A DNA stretch of 64,000 nt from a virus. The position numbers and the translations under genes are program-made. The notes below the pieces were generated by a model, which was not told where the DNA came from, did no database searches, and saw only the letters and a list, made by a program, of their open reading frames with translations. This document shows positions 18,716 to 28,800 of this stretch, piece after piece (positions within the stretch are counted from its first letter, which is position 1; every line of letters begins with the position of its first letter). The stretch is taken from positions 17,141 through 81,140 of the IMG/VR virus record IMGVR_UViG_3300020185_004330. The stretch is one strand, 5' to 3'.

Positions 18716-21472
18716 TTATTCACCATCAAAAACTTGCTCTGGTGATTTTTCGCGCAGTTCAACTAATTCTGTAGAAACTGCTGAGAATTCTATAACAGAA
18801 CCTTCAGCTCCATAATTAGCGGACTTTGCACTCAACCTTTCTTCAGATTCGATTGTTCCACCTTCGATTACTCCCATTCTTGCTTCAACAGCATGAGCTA
18901 TAACTCTAGCACCAAGATTAACCAGTTCTAAAGCTTCATTAAGAAATGTAAACTCTAGTCCAGGCGTTTTTCCAGCATCAATATAATCTTCACCTGCTTT
19001 CATCAATAAACCATTAACAAAAATTTGTTCTGTATCTTGTGTTATTGCTCTAGGGAAAAATAACGTACCTTCTTCTACACTAACATCTTTTCTCGTCATA
19101 AAGTTCGTAGCTTGAAACTTAAGTGCTTCGTTAGTAGCAACAATCGCCTCAGCAATAGAATCTACAGCAGACTCATCTGAATTAGACAGTAAATTAGCAA
19201 CAGCTTCATGTAAAGCCTTCTCTTCAGAGCTAGCTCTCTTAATTTCAGCATCTAAACCTATTTGTAATTCAGCATCAGCAGCCTTATAAGCTTCAGTCAT
19301 AGCAGCGTCATCAGCAGCTTGCTTAGCAACTTGTGCAGCTAAACCTTCAGTTAAGACTTTTTCAGCAGCTTCAGCTCTTGATTTCTCAGTAGCGATTGCA
19401 TCACCAGCAGCTTTTTCGTTTTGGTCAACGTCAGCTTGTAATGCAGATAAAGTTGTATTAACAGCAACAGCTAAATCACTATCAGCCTCTTGAAAAGCAT
19501 TAACGATTTCAGTTAATGAATCGAGAGCAGCTGGGTCCATGTTTGACAACATGTTGTCAACTCTAACACCTAAAGCAGATTCAGCAGCTTCAGCTCTTGA
19601 TTTCTCAGTAGCGATTGCATCACCAGCAGCTTTTTCGTTTTGGTCAACGTCAGCTTGTAAAGCAGCGATAGCAGCTTCTCTGTCAAGCTTTTCAGAAGCA
19701 TCAGCAGCTTTGTAAGCAGCGTCCATAGCAGCTTCATCAGCAGCTTGTTTAGCAACTTGTGCAGCTAAACCTTCAGTTAATACTTCATCAGCAGCTTCAT
19801 AAGCAACTTTTGCAGCAGCATCAGCAGCTTTATAAGCAGCATCCATAGCAGCATCAGCAGCTTCAGAAGCTTCTTTGTTAGCAGAAACATTTGATGTAAT
19901 CGCACCTTCAGCAGCTCTTGCAGTTACAGCTTCAGCAGAAATAGCAGCAGCATTTGCAGCTTCAGCAGCTCTTGCAGTTGCAGCTTCAGCAGAAATAGCA
20001 GCAGCATTTGCAGCTTCAGCAGCTTCAGCTCTTTCTTGTTCAGCAGCATTTGCAGCTTCAGCAGCAGCTTTATCAGCAGCAGCAGTAGCTATAATAGCAG
20101 CATCAGCAGCTTCATAAGCAACTTTTGCAGCAGCATCAGCAGCTTTATAAGCAGCATCCATAGCAGCAACATCGTCAGTTAAGACTTTTTCAGCAGCTCT
20201 TGCAGTTACAGCTTCAGCAGAAATAGCATCAGCATTTGCTTTTTCAGCAGCTTCAGCTCTTGCAGTTTCAGCAACTAAGTTCTCACTACCAGCAATATCA
20301 GCAGCAGCTCTTATAGCAGATTCAGCATCTAAGTTAGCCTGAACAGCATCATCACCAGCAGCTCTATCTATAAGCTCTTGAGCAAGTGCATCATTAGTAG
20401 CTTTATCAGCAGCTTCAGAAGCAGCTTGATTAGCGTCTACATCATTTTGAATAGCAGCTTCAGCAGCTCTTGCAGTTGCAGCTTCAGAAACATCAGCAGC
20501 TTCAGAAGCAGCATTATCAGCAGCTTGTTTAGAAGCTAGCGTAGATACAGCAGCATCGTTAGAAAGAACGTAACCAGCAAATGCAGTATCGTTCGCAGTA
20601 TCAACAGAGTTGATTAATGCAACGATTTCATGAAATTCGTCAGCATCAGCAGTTGAAGATTCTAATATAGCGTCAATTCTTGATTTCTGAGTTTCAATAG
20701 CAGTTTCAGCAGCAGCTTGATTAGCGTTTACATCATTTTGAATAACAGCATCAGCAGCAATTCTTGCAGCTTCCTCAAGAGATACAGAATTTTGAATAAC
20801 AGCTTCAGCAGCTAAAGCTCTAGCTTCTTCAGCAGAAATAGCAGCAGCATTTGCTTGTTCAGCAGCTTGAGCTCTATTGCTTTCAGCAATATCACCAGCT
20901 TCAGAAGCAGCTTTTTGAGTAGCAGCAGCAGTAATAATGTCAGCAATCTCTACATCATGAGCCGCATCAGCAGTTTGTCTGTTTGTAGCTTCTTGTTGAA
21001 TTGCAGCAGCATTTGCAGCTTCAGCAGCTTCAGCTCTAAGCTTTTCAGCAGCATCAGCAGCAGCATTTGCATCTTCAGCAGCAGTAGCTCTTGTAGTTTC
21101 AGCTAGCAAAGCAGCTTCAATAGCAGCCTTATTGGCGTCCATTTCAACTTGTTGAGCAGCGTCATCAGCAACTTGCTTAGATGATTGTGCATCTAATTCA
21201 GCTTTAAGCTGCTTATCGTCAGCTTGAGCAGCAGCTTTATTACTGTCTACATCATTTTGAATAGCTTCCCTTTCAGAAGCGCTAAACTTACTCTCTTGAG
21301 CTTGCTTATCATTGATACTTTGAATAGCATCATCTAATTGCGCGATGTCACCAGTTACTAAACCGACAGGGCTTAAAATCTCAGCGCCAGTTAAAATAAG
21401 GTCAGACTGTCTGTTTAAAACAATCCTAGTTCCACCTGTAGTAGAACCTGAAAATAATAAAAATAAATCCAT
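18716..21472 (-). CDS. Ala-rich coiled-coil fibre-like protein
   Basis: 918 aa; recurring AE..RA.AAE and A.KAAD units; TLKELADAL-like LDSLTEIVNAF module; C-terminal IFVNGLL..GEDY module. Confidence 0.7.
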   Translation of the reverse strand: MDLFLLFSGSTTGGTRIVLNRQSDLILTGAEILSPVGLVTGDIAQLDDAIQSINDKQAQESKFSASEREAIQNDVDSNKAAAQADDKQLKAELDAQSSKQVADDAAQQVEMDANKAAIEAALLAETTRATAAEDANAAADAAEKLRAEAAEAANAAAIQQEATNRQTADAAHDVEIADIITAAATQKAASEAGDIAESNRAQAAEQANAAAISAEEARALAAEAVIQNSVSLEEAARIAADAVIQNDVNANQAAAETAIETQKSRIDAILESSTADADEFHEIVALINSVDTANDTAFAGYVLSNDAAVSTLASKQAADNAASEAADVSEAATARAAEAAIQNDVDANQAASEAADKATNDALAQELIDRAAGDDAVQANLDAESAIRAAADIAGSENLVAETARAEAAEKANADAISAEAVTARAAEKVLTDDVAAMDAAYKAADAAAKVAYEAADAAIIATAAADKAAAEAANAAEQERAEAAEAANAAAISAEAATARAAEAANAAAISAEAVTARAAEGAITSNVSANKEASEAADAAMDAAYKAADAAAKVAYEAADEVLTEGLAAQVAKQAADEAAMDAAYKAADASEKLDREAAIAALQADVDQNEKAAGDAIATEKSRAEAAESALGVRVDNMLSNMDPAALDSLTEIVNAFQEADSDLAVAVNTTLSALQADVDQNEKAAGDAIATEKSRAEAAEKVLTEGLAAQVAKQAADDAAMTEAYKAADAELQIGLDAEIKRASSEEKALHEAVANLLSNSDESAVDSIAEAIVATNEALKFQATNFMTRKDVSVEEGTLFFPRAITQDTEQIFVNGLLMKAGEDYIDAGKTPGLEFTFLNEALELVNLGARVIAHAVEARMGVIEGGTIESEERLSAKSANYGAEGSVIEFSAVSTELVELREKSPEQVFDGE
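19361..19660. repeat. Perfect 81-bp direct repeat inside the Ala-rich gene (19361-19441 and 19580-19660)
   Basis: Both copies compared base by base and found identical. Confidence 0.9.
19786..20168. repeat. Perfect 68-bp direct repeat inside the Ala-rich gene (19786-19853 and 20101-20168)
   Basis: Both copies compared base by base and found identical. Confidence 0.9.
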
Positions 21473-21802
21473 TTTTTTTTGATTTTTTATTAATTAAAAC
21501 AGTACTCTTGCGTACAGATTTATAAAAAATTAAAAATTTAACTTTTTAAGTTACCGATAAATATTAATATGTGATAAAGTAATTTGGGGTTAATAATAAC
21601 AAAAATTAAAAAGCTACAGAATGTAAACTTTTAATTACCCATTAGATTTAAATATGTGTTATAAATATAAATATTTAATCAACTTTACAGCCGATTACAA
21701 TAATAAATAGAATCAAAAACTTGAAAACCGTATTTTTTTAAAAAAAAAGTAAATTTTTATCGAAAAAAAAATATAACAAACTGATAGTCAATAATATAAT
21801 TT

Positions 21803-22549
21803 TTAAATATTTTTATTTTTTTTTAAAACTTCTATTCTATTTGTTCTTTTTAATATATAAAAACCTCTTCTTTTAAAGAATTTTATTGTTTTTTTTAAAA
21901 AAACTTCATAGTCATTGTATCTGTTAAATGCAGGTATATTATATGATTTTAAAAGTTTATACTCTTTTTCAGAATCTTTATTTTTATATTTTTCAATACT
22001 AATATTAATCATATCTATAGCAATTGTTTTATAGTTTATATATGAATCATCCAAAAAGTGATTCTCCAGAAATGAAGGTATTTCTAGCTTTGTACTATGA
22101 TAGTATAGGCTAAGTATGTGTTGTAAGTTGGGAAATAAATGAATTTCTTGAGATATTAATCTTGAAAAGTCTTTTGTATAAAGCTCTTTTGCCTCTTTAG
22201 TTTCTTTTATTGACCTCCCTTTGTTTTTGAATATACACCAATCTACATAAGCATGTTTAACTTCGTGAACTATTGCATCTAGTTTAAGGTTGTAAAAATC
22301 AAAATATACATATACAGTATACTTTCCCTCCACCAATCCAGAATTGCTATGGTCATAATGATTAAATTGTGAATGTTGAATTATCCACTTGTCTACCGTA
22401 AATTCGTTTGAATTGTTTATAGATTTTCCTGGGATGTTTATTTTTAAATCATTTAATGCAATATCATTTTCACTAAAGTGCTCTTGTATTTTTTCTACGA
22501 TACCTTGTGAAACTATATGTACAATTGATGATATTCCTAGCATGGGCAA
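21803..22549 (-). CDS. Hypothetical protein with an HExxH metallopeptidase-like motif
   Basis: AIVHEVKHAY. Confidence 0.45.
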   Translation of the reverse strand: MPMLGISSIVHIVSQGIVEKIQEHFSENDIALNDLKINIPGKSINNSNEFTVDKWIIQHSQFNHYDHSNSGLVEGKYTVYVYFDFYNLKLDAIVHEVKHAYVDWCIFKNKGRSIKETKEAKELYTKDFSRLISQEIHLFPNLQHILSLYYHSTKLEIPSFLENHFLDDSYINYKTIAIDMINISIEKYKNKDSEKEYKLLKSYNIPAFNRYNDYEVFLKKTIKFFKRRGFYILKRTNRIEVLKKNKNI

Positions 22550-22551
22550 AA

Positions 22552-22580
22552 AAAAAGAAGGCCATACAACCTTCTTTTCT
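22552..22580 (-). terminator. Intrinsic terminator
   Basis: AAGAAGG-8nt-CCTTCTT stem; long T-run on the minus strand downstream of ORF 22601-22828. Confidence 0.65.
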
Positions 22581-22600
22581 TAGTTTAAAGTTGTTTTTTC

Positions 22601-22828
22601 TTATCTATTATTATATAGAAAGTTTTTTAAATTTTTAATACTGTTCGTATAACCAAGAGGGTCACAAGAAGCATTTTCAGTTAAATAATCATTAACTAAT
22701 TTTAATAGTTCAGGTGTTTCATCAAAGAGAAACACAGTTTTTTTGCCTAATTTTTCAATTTCATACTTAAATCCTTTCAGTTTTAAGAATGCAGTTAGAT
22801 AAAGGTCTGATGTTTTGTACTTGTTCAT
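22601..22828 (-). CDS. DUF5659-like small protein
   Basis: YKTSDLYLTAFLKLKG...KKTVFLF pattern. Confidence 0.55.
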   Translation of the reverse strand: MNKYKTSDLYLTAFLKLKGFKYEIEKLGKKTVFLFDETPELLKLVNDYLTENASCDPLGYTNSIKNLKNFLYNNR

Positions 22829-22931
22829 GTTTTTTCGTTTATATTACTCGTTTTTTTTGTCAATAATAAATATTTGATTTTTTTAATTTTCAAGGTCAAA
22901 ACATAAAAAAAACATAAAAAAATTGAAAAAA

Positions 22932-23654
22932 TTAATAAAACCTATAAGTACATTTTATTTTTGAACTTTCCATAGGGGGAAAGTTAAATATTATTTGATT
23001 GTCAACAATCACATAATCAGCATTTTGATTCTCATCTTGTAATAGTCCATTTAGATAGACATGCTCTGAATCTAATTCTGGATAATTTTTTAATGTAAAG
23101 ATATTATTTATTCCATCTGCAATACCAGAAGGCATTTCTTTGTCTGAAACTTTTAATTCTGGAGACAAAGTTTCTATCAATCTATAAGAACATCTAACTC
23201 TAGAGCCCAAAAAAGGAGGTTCTCTAAATGTTATAATGTTATCACTAATTGTATAATCATATAACTCATTTGGGTCACCTGGGTCTTGTAATAACCCATT
23301 TAAATATATATGTTCTGAGCCAAATTTAGGCTCATAAGCCAATTCAAACCTTCTATTCATACCATCAACCAATCCTAAAGGTTGTTCTTTATCATAAAAA
23401 ACCTTTTCTTCTTTATGGTCAATTGTTAATGGTTGCCAATCATTTATTCTAAATTCCCAACTAGAATTTTTTAAAACGAAAAAATCATTAGTTTCTAAAA
23501 CATAAACCAACATTCCCGCCTTTCTCCTTTCGGAAGGCAAGTTGTTTAATTGATGCATGCTGTTAAATACGCTATATGCACCGACATCCATAGGGGTGAT
23601 GTATGGATTGTTATTAATTACACTTTTACCGTTATATGTTATAAGTGCTGGCAT
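22932..23654 (-). CDS. Virion/fibre-associated protein with two tandem G..DG.N..F.L...EH.YLNGLLQD...DY modules
   Basis: Internal duplication visible in the protein; N-terminal RKAGMLVYV fibre motif. Confidence 0.55.
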   Translation of the reverse strand: MPALITYNGKSVINNNPYITPMDVGAYSVFNSMHQLNNLPSERRKAGMLVYVLETNDFFVLKNSSWEFRINDWQPLTIDHKEEKVFYDKEQPLGLVDGMNRRFELAYEPKFGSEHIYLNGLLQDPGDPNELYDYTISDNIITFREPPFLGSRVRCSYRLIETLSPELKVSDKEMPSGIADGINNIFTLKNYPELDSEHVYLNGLLQDENQNADYVIVDNQIIFNFPPMESSKIKCTYRFY

Positions 23655-23716
23655 GTTTGACTTTTATAATAAATAGTAATTATTTATAATATAATAGAAA
23701 ATGATATAAGATTATT

Positions 23717-24769
23717 TTAACTTCTTGCAATTCTAATCCAAACATCATCGTCTACTGCAGTAAACCAATAGTTTGCATTATAATATGCTTGACCTTGAAA
23801 AGTGCCAGATATAGTAGAGCCAGTATATACACCAGATGGGCTCCAGTTTACAGAGTTGTCCAAAAGAGACAAAGTAGAAGCTGAAAGGCTATAAGAATCT
23901 ACCATTGGTATTTCTTCAACAGTGCCACCAGATTGATTTAAGGTGCCAATTACCGACCTTTCATTTAAGTCTTGAATTTTATCAAAAGTAACACTGTCTG
24001 ATTGTATTATTGTTTCGCCTGAGTAGTTTATTGCAATATCACCAGTTACATCAACTCCTTGTGGAGTATTGCCTAGGCTTCCAACAAAAACTCTTCCTTG
24101 ATTCAGCGAGTTTAATGCTGCGCCATCCGTTGAAAATATATCATAAAGGTCAGTTGAGCCTGATGTAAGAACTCCAGAAACTTCTAAGTCACCATTTATA
24201 GTTAAATCTTCAAATTCGTTTATAACTAAATCTATAGTAGAAGAATCACTTTTTGTTAGAGTTATTTTGTTTAGTAAGCTATTATAAGAAAGTGAATTTG
24301 TAAAAACATCTACGCCACCACCAGAGCCTATTGGTGCAAATATGTTATAAAGATTAGTGCCAGCTGAATATATTATTCCTGAATTTTCTGCCAATCTTGC
24401 ATTTTGAGTGTATAAAGAATTGTTTTGAGATGCATTTACATTAATACCCCCAACCACTACCGAGTTTTGAACTCCATTAAAAACATCATTTCCAATACCT
24501 CCTATTATTGCAGAATAGTCAGCATTTGTTGCCACGGTATTGTTGACACCTCCTAAAACAATAGAAAAATCACCACCAGCATCACTGCTCGAATCTTTTA
24601 GAACGACAGAATTATTTCCTGAACCTTCCTCAAAAAGCCCAACAGTACTACCAGTCCCTATAACTATGCTTTCAACCTCTCGCTTTAACGTTCTTAGGTT
24701 TACCGCATCCTTATCGTATTTGGGGTCTGATAAGTTTAATCCTCTATTATTTCTAAAATCTGTTCCCAT
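23717..24769 (-). CDS. Tail fibre-like protein
   Basis: P..DKDAVN fibre motif and S(I/A)(V/I)(L/I)GG.NN beta-helix repeats. Confidence 0.6.
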   Translation of the reverse strand: MGTDFRNNRGLNLSDPKYDKDAVNLRTLKREVESIVIGTGSTVGLFEEGSGNNSVVLKDSSSDAGGDFSIVLGGVNNTVATNADYSAIIGGIGNDVFNGVQNSVVVGGINVNASQNNSLYTQNARLAENSGIIYSAGTNLYNIFAPIGSGGGVDVFTNSLSYNSLLNKITLTKSDSSTIDLVINEFEDLTINGDLEVSGVLTSGSTDLYDIFSTDGAALNSLNQGRVFVGSLGNTPQGVDVTGDIAINYSGETIIQSDSVTFDKIQDLNERSVIGTLNQSGGTVEEIPMVDSYSLSASTLSLLDNSVNWSPSGVYTGSTISGTFQGQAYYNANYWFTAVDDDVWIRIARS

Positions 24770-24778
24770 ATTTAATGC

Positions 24779-25567
24779 CTATACACCAGTTCCAGTTACA
24801 GCAAACCACGGAGTAGTTCCTCCTATTATAGGCCCTAAGTAAGTAACAGTTACATGCTGATAAAGACCTGTGCAAAGTAATGCAGAAGCATTCGCAGTCC
24901 CAGCATTTATTATAAAATCTGAATTATTAGTTCCTAAAAGAATTCCCCCAATGTGTCCAGTGTTGTCAATAATTACCAACTCAACAGTTCTTCCTATTTG
25001 GTCATCACTAATCATAAATCTCAAATCAAGAGAAAAATCATTACTCGTAATAGGGTCTGTGTTTATTGAGGCGTCTGTAATTAACAAAATCTCATCATCT
25101 AAAGAAATTACAGGAATTTTACCCTTATCTGGCTCATAAGGTTCTAGTGTAAGATATCTGGTATTTCTTATTCTACTACCTGTGCTTTTTAAATCTGGAA
25201 CAAATGTTGTATTGTCAGTTACACCAGTTATATTTGAACCTCCTACTATTACTGAGTTTGAAGTTCCGCTAAGAATATTGTTTTCACCACCTATTATTGC
25301 AGAATTTGTAGAATTATTTTTTATTAAATTATTATTACCTCCAATTATAGAGTTTTTAGTCCCGCCAGTAATTATGTTATTCTTACCTCCCAAAATAACA
25401 GAGTAGTCCGAAGACGATGAATTTGTATCGTCTCCACGAGAAATTATAGACTGAAAACCAGTACCACCAGACCATATTTCAGTTCTACCAGTATATACAT
25501 CGTTTATTTTTTCTCTAGCATCATTTAGAGAATCTGTAATAAGTATAGGGTCAATTTTGCAGCTCAT
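24779..25567 (-). CDS. Short fibre/receptor-binding protein paralogue
   Basis: DSLNDAREKIN N-terminal motif, S.I.GG.NN repeats, distinct C-terminus. Confidence 0.6.
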   Translation of the reverse strand: MSCKIDPILITDSLNDAREKINDVYTGRTEIWSGGTGFQSIISRGDDTNSSSSDYSVILGGKNNIITGGTKNSIIGGNNNLIKNNSTNSAIIGGENNILSGTSNSVIVGGSNITGVTDNTTFVPDLKSTGSRIRNTRYLTLEPYEPDKGKIPVISLDDEILLITDASINTDPITSNDFSLDLRFMISDDQIGRTVELVIIDNTGHIGGILLGTNNSDFIINAGTANASALLCTGLYQHVTVTYLGPIIGGTTPWFAVTGTGV

Positions 25568-25587
25568 ATATATAAATATTAATTAAT

Positions 25588-26379
25588 TTAAACGATTCCA
25601 TAAACATAAAATTGAGACTCATTAGAAGCGTTTCTTCCTGCATTCAGTATGTGTACTACAGAAAGTGTGTTTGTACTTGAGATTAGAAGTGGGGTGTCTA
25701 CTGGCCTGTCATTTATTTTATAGCCATTAAAAAACCCAATACTAAAGCCTAAGTAAAAACTTCCACTAGCAAAATTAGTCACTCTCAACTCAACAGTTTG
25801 TCCACTTCGGGCACTGCCTGCTAATCCATTTAATGCCAAAGACCAATCTACCGAAGGAGGTACTGCGCCTAATATGTTTATGTCTACAAATACTATATCA
25901 TCACTTGCCAATATAACATTTGAGACATCATCGTAAGCCGTTATAGTGGGGTGAATTCTTGAATTTCTAACTCTACTTTTTGTTGTTTTTAAACCTTGAA
26001 CAAAAGTAAAATTATCTCTATTACTAGGAGGGGGTATTATTGAATCCCCTCCTAACGCAACCGAACGAGATACATTAGACGTGTAGGTGTCTTCACCTCC
26101 AACTATAGCAGAGCTAAAATCAGGCGAACCCACCCTCTCTATTATGTTATTTTCACCTCCAACGATGGCAGAATATTGAGTTGAGCCAGAAATTAAATGA
26201 CCAGTCCCACCCAGTATGGATGAGTAGGTTGATTCCACTAAGTTCTCTGTACTATTGTCAGCAATTATAGAATTGCTACCCGTACTGGCTGACCATAAAT
26301 TAGTTACTGCAGAGTAAGCGTTATTTATCTTAACTCTACCTTCATTTATTGTGTCACTACTTAATATTAATTCGCTCAT
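25588..26379 (-). CDS. Short fibre/receptor-binding protein paralogue
   Basis: SDTINEGRVKINNAY N-terminal motif, S.I.GG repeats. Confidence 0.6.
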   Translation of the reverse strand: MSELILSSDTINEGRVKINNAYSAVTNLWSASTGSNSIIADNSTENLVESTYSSILGGTGHLISGSTQYSAIVGGENNIIERVGSPDFSSAIVGGEDTYTSNVSRSVALGGDSIIPPPSNRDNFTFVQGLKTTKSRVRNSRIHPTITAYDDVSNVILASDDIVFVDINILGAVPPSVDWSLALNGLAGSARSGQTVELRVTNFASGSFYLGFSIGFFNGYKINDRPVDTPLLISSTNTLSVVHILNAGRNASNESQFYVYGIV

Positions 26380-26400
26380 AATCTTTTTTATAATATTTTA

Positions 26401-27285
26401 TTACGCTCCTGTGCCATACATTTCTACATAAGTATCAATTCCAATATATTCTTTTACTACTAACCTAACTGACGTATGGTCTGTTGTGCATATTGGCAAA
26501 GTAGTTGTTGTTAAATTGACGCCGTTAACATAAATCGCCCCAATAGATACTCCCATCCCAAGGTATACATTCTTATTCAAGAATGGAAATGTTTCAGCAA
26601 CATGAATATCTACAACCCTACCTATTTTGCTTGTTAGAAGATTGCTTACATCTAAGTTGAAATACGAAGGCCCAAGTCTAGTCGCAATATTGCTATTGAT
26701 AACAAGACAATACTCACTATCAGAAGTTATCGAAGGAACGGTCAAAGGAAAGGTACCTAATAGTTGCCAACTATCATTCTCTATCACATAGGTATTTAAA
26801 TTTCTAATTCTAGCACCAAAAGACTGTATGTTTTCAACGTAAACCGTATCAGAAGTGTTGCCAGTCAAGTCTTGCCCCCCTATAATAACCGTGTTACTAA
26901 TGTCAGAAGTACCTGTAATGGCATTGGCACCCCCTCCAACAATTACACAGTTTTCAATATCTACAAAACCATTACTATGAGTAATTAAATTTGAATCACC
27001 TCCAACAATAGAAGAGTTTTTTATACTTGTGTTAAAAGGAGCTTGTCCAAATATAGTATTGTTTGTACCAGCCAATATTGAACTATACTCTACTACAGAA
27101 GAGTTTGTAGAACTGTCTCCACTTATTATATTGTTTCCATCATTATTGGTTATAATATTTTTTGTAATACCAGTAAAATCACCAGTGCTACCAGTCCATA
27201 TACAGTCTTGGTTATAAGCATTATTTATAATAACCCTACCCTGCTCTGTTGTGTCTCCACTAAATAATAATTCTGTTACTGGCAT
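26401..27285 (-). CDS. Short fibre/receptor-binding protein paralogue
   Basis: GDTTEQGRVIINNAY N-terminal motif, S.I.GG repeats. Confidence 0.6.
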   Translation of the reverse strand: MPVTELLFSGDTTEQGRVIINNAYNQDCIWTGSTGDFTGITKNIITNNDGNNIISGDSSTNSSVVEYSSILAGTNNTIFGQAPFNTSIKNSSIVGGDSNLITHSNGFVDIENCVIVGGGANAITGTSDISNTVIIGGQDLTGNTSDTVYVENIQSFGARIRNLNTYVIENDSWQLLGTFPLTVPSITSDSEYCLVINSNIATRLGPSYFNLDVSNLLTSKIGRVVDIHVAETFPFLNKNVYLGMGVSIGAIYVNGVNLTTTTLPICTTDHTSVRLVVKEYIGIDTYVEMYGTGA

Positions 27286-27293
27286 ATCTGTTT

Positions 27294-28799
27294 TTATATA
27301 AGTATTTGTCCTTGTACATCTTCTATTGTTAAGTCACTACCCCAATTTAATCTAATTGTAAAGTTTTCTCCCGTTGTGTCTTCATTAAGTTCTATGTTAT
27401 ATGTTTGAGTTATATATCCGTCTTTTGAAACGATAACTTGAAGAGCTCCACCTTTTATATTTGTTAATGAGTAATTTCCATTTGTATCTGTAAGACCAGA
27501 GAACGAAGCTCCTACACCTCCACCTAGAGGCTCATTAGTTCCCTCTGATATAATTTCTTCATAAGGTGCATCAACTCCGAGTTCCACATCTGACGTTGTA
27601 CTTGCAACAATAAATTGAATTGTAGCTGCAGATACTGGGCTTCCAAATAATTCATTTTGATAAATTGTACCAGAAATATCGTAAATACCATCTGTTGCTG
27701 TAAATGCGTTTTCAGCCCTACCCCATGTTGTAACATTTTGCTTAACACCAAATATATTTGTAATTTCTTTAGTGTTACCTATTCTGTATAAAAAGTCAGA
27801 ATCAGGAGTTAGTGGCGTTGAAAAAGTTCTTATAAAATCAGGCTCACCCTCTTGTTTTGGTATGTCAAAAATCGTAGATGAACTAAAAGTGACATTGTCA
27901 ACATTGTATGTAACTTGAAGCTTATAATAGTCTCCATCCGAAACATTATTAAAACTAAAAATAGGAGAAAATGTATCTAATTGCCCCTGTACACTAGGCT
28001 CATCACTTAACACATCTATATTTGGCTTTTGAGGTGCAACAAAATAAGTAAACAAAGCACCAGTCACAGTAACCCCAGAAAATAGGCCTACATCAATTTC
28101 TTCAGAATTTCTACTGGTTTCTAATAAGTAATTTCCATCTTCACTAAGTCCTGTTAGAGTTATATCTGTTGCAACTCCTCCACTTAAAATTTGATATCCA
28201 CCCAATGTTTTATCGCGCTCTAAAGGAAATTCAAATCTAGTATCAATAAAATATTGAGACTTGTCTAACAAAAGTCTTTGGGCAAATTGATTTTCTGGTT
28301 TTACAACAGTGGGCAAATCAAACTCATAAATAGGAGTCGTTATTGTAGAGCCTGTATCATATAGTGTTATTAAGGGTTCGGCTAGTATTTCAGCTATACT
28401 TTCTTTAGTGTAAGTAATAGCAGTTGCACTAGCTGTTTCAGCAGTTGTTGGCAACACTTCACTACCCTCAAAATCAAAGCTGTTATAAACTTGATTATAA
28501 ATATTAAAGTCTAATTTATATATGTCGTATATAGTTTTGGTTATAGCACTAAAAGAAGAGGTGTTTGCACTATAATTAAACTCTACAGTTTTTTGATTGT
28601 TTATGTTTACAGATATTCCATTTATATTTTGTTCATAATAATTAAAAGTAGCACCTTTCAAAGAAAATAAAGGAACACGAAATGGTTTTGGCTCCGATTC
28701 AGGTTCAAATATATTTGGTATAGTATTTTGTAAAAAAACTTGAGAAATACCATCATTCTCACCAATTGTTCTAGACACTATTTCTTTATTTATTGACAT
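27294..28799 (-). CDS. Putative virion protein with a C-terminal carboxypeptidase-regulatory-like domain
   Basis: ISGTIY...PVSAATI...LTDTNGNYSLTNIKGG.LQVIVSKDGYITQ. Confidence 0.55.
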   Translation of the reverse strand: MSINKEIVSRTIGENDGISQVFLQNTIPNIFEPESEPKPFRVPLFSLKGATFNYYEQNINGISVNINNQKTVEFNYSANTSSFSAITKTIYDIYKLDFNIYNQVYNSFDFEGSEVLPTTAETASATAITYTKESIAEILAEPLITLYDTGSTITTPIYEFDLPTVVKPENQFAQRLLLDKSQYFIDTRFEFPLERDKTLGGYQILSGGVATDITLTGLSEDGNYLLETSRNSEEIDVGLFSGVTVTGALFTYFVAPQKPNIDVLSDEPSVQGQLDTFSPIFSFNNVSDGDYYKLQVTYNVDNVTFSSSTIFDIPKQEGEPDFIRTFSTPLTPDSDFLYRIGNTKEITNIFGVKQNVTTWGRAENAFTATDGIYDISGTIYQNELFGSPVSAATIQFIVASTTSDVELGVDAPYEEIISEGTNEPLGGGVGASFSGLTDTNGNYSLTNIKGGALQVIVSKDGYITQTYNIELNEDTTGENFTIRLNWGSDLTIEDVQGQILI

Positions 28800-28800
28800 A

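Noticed and set aside
19570-21106. Alternative-frame and opposite-strand ORFs over the Ala-rich gene (19570-19755, 19875-20117, 20855-21106)
   Set aside because: By-products of the GCT/GCA periodicity.
21473-21802. AT-rich intergenic stretch as a replication origin
   Set aside because: No iterons or clear repeats seen; adequately explained as the upstream region of the Ala-rich gene.
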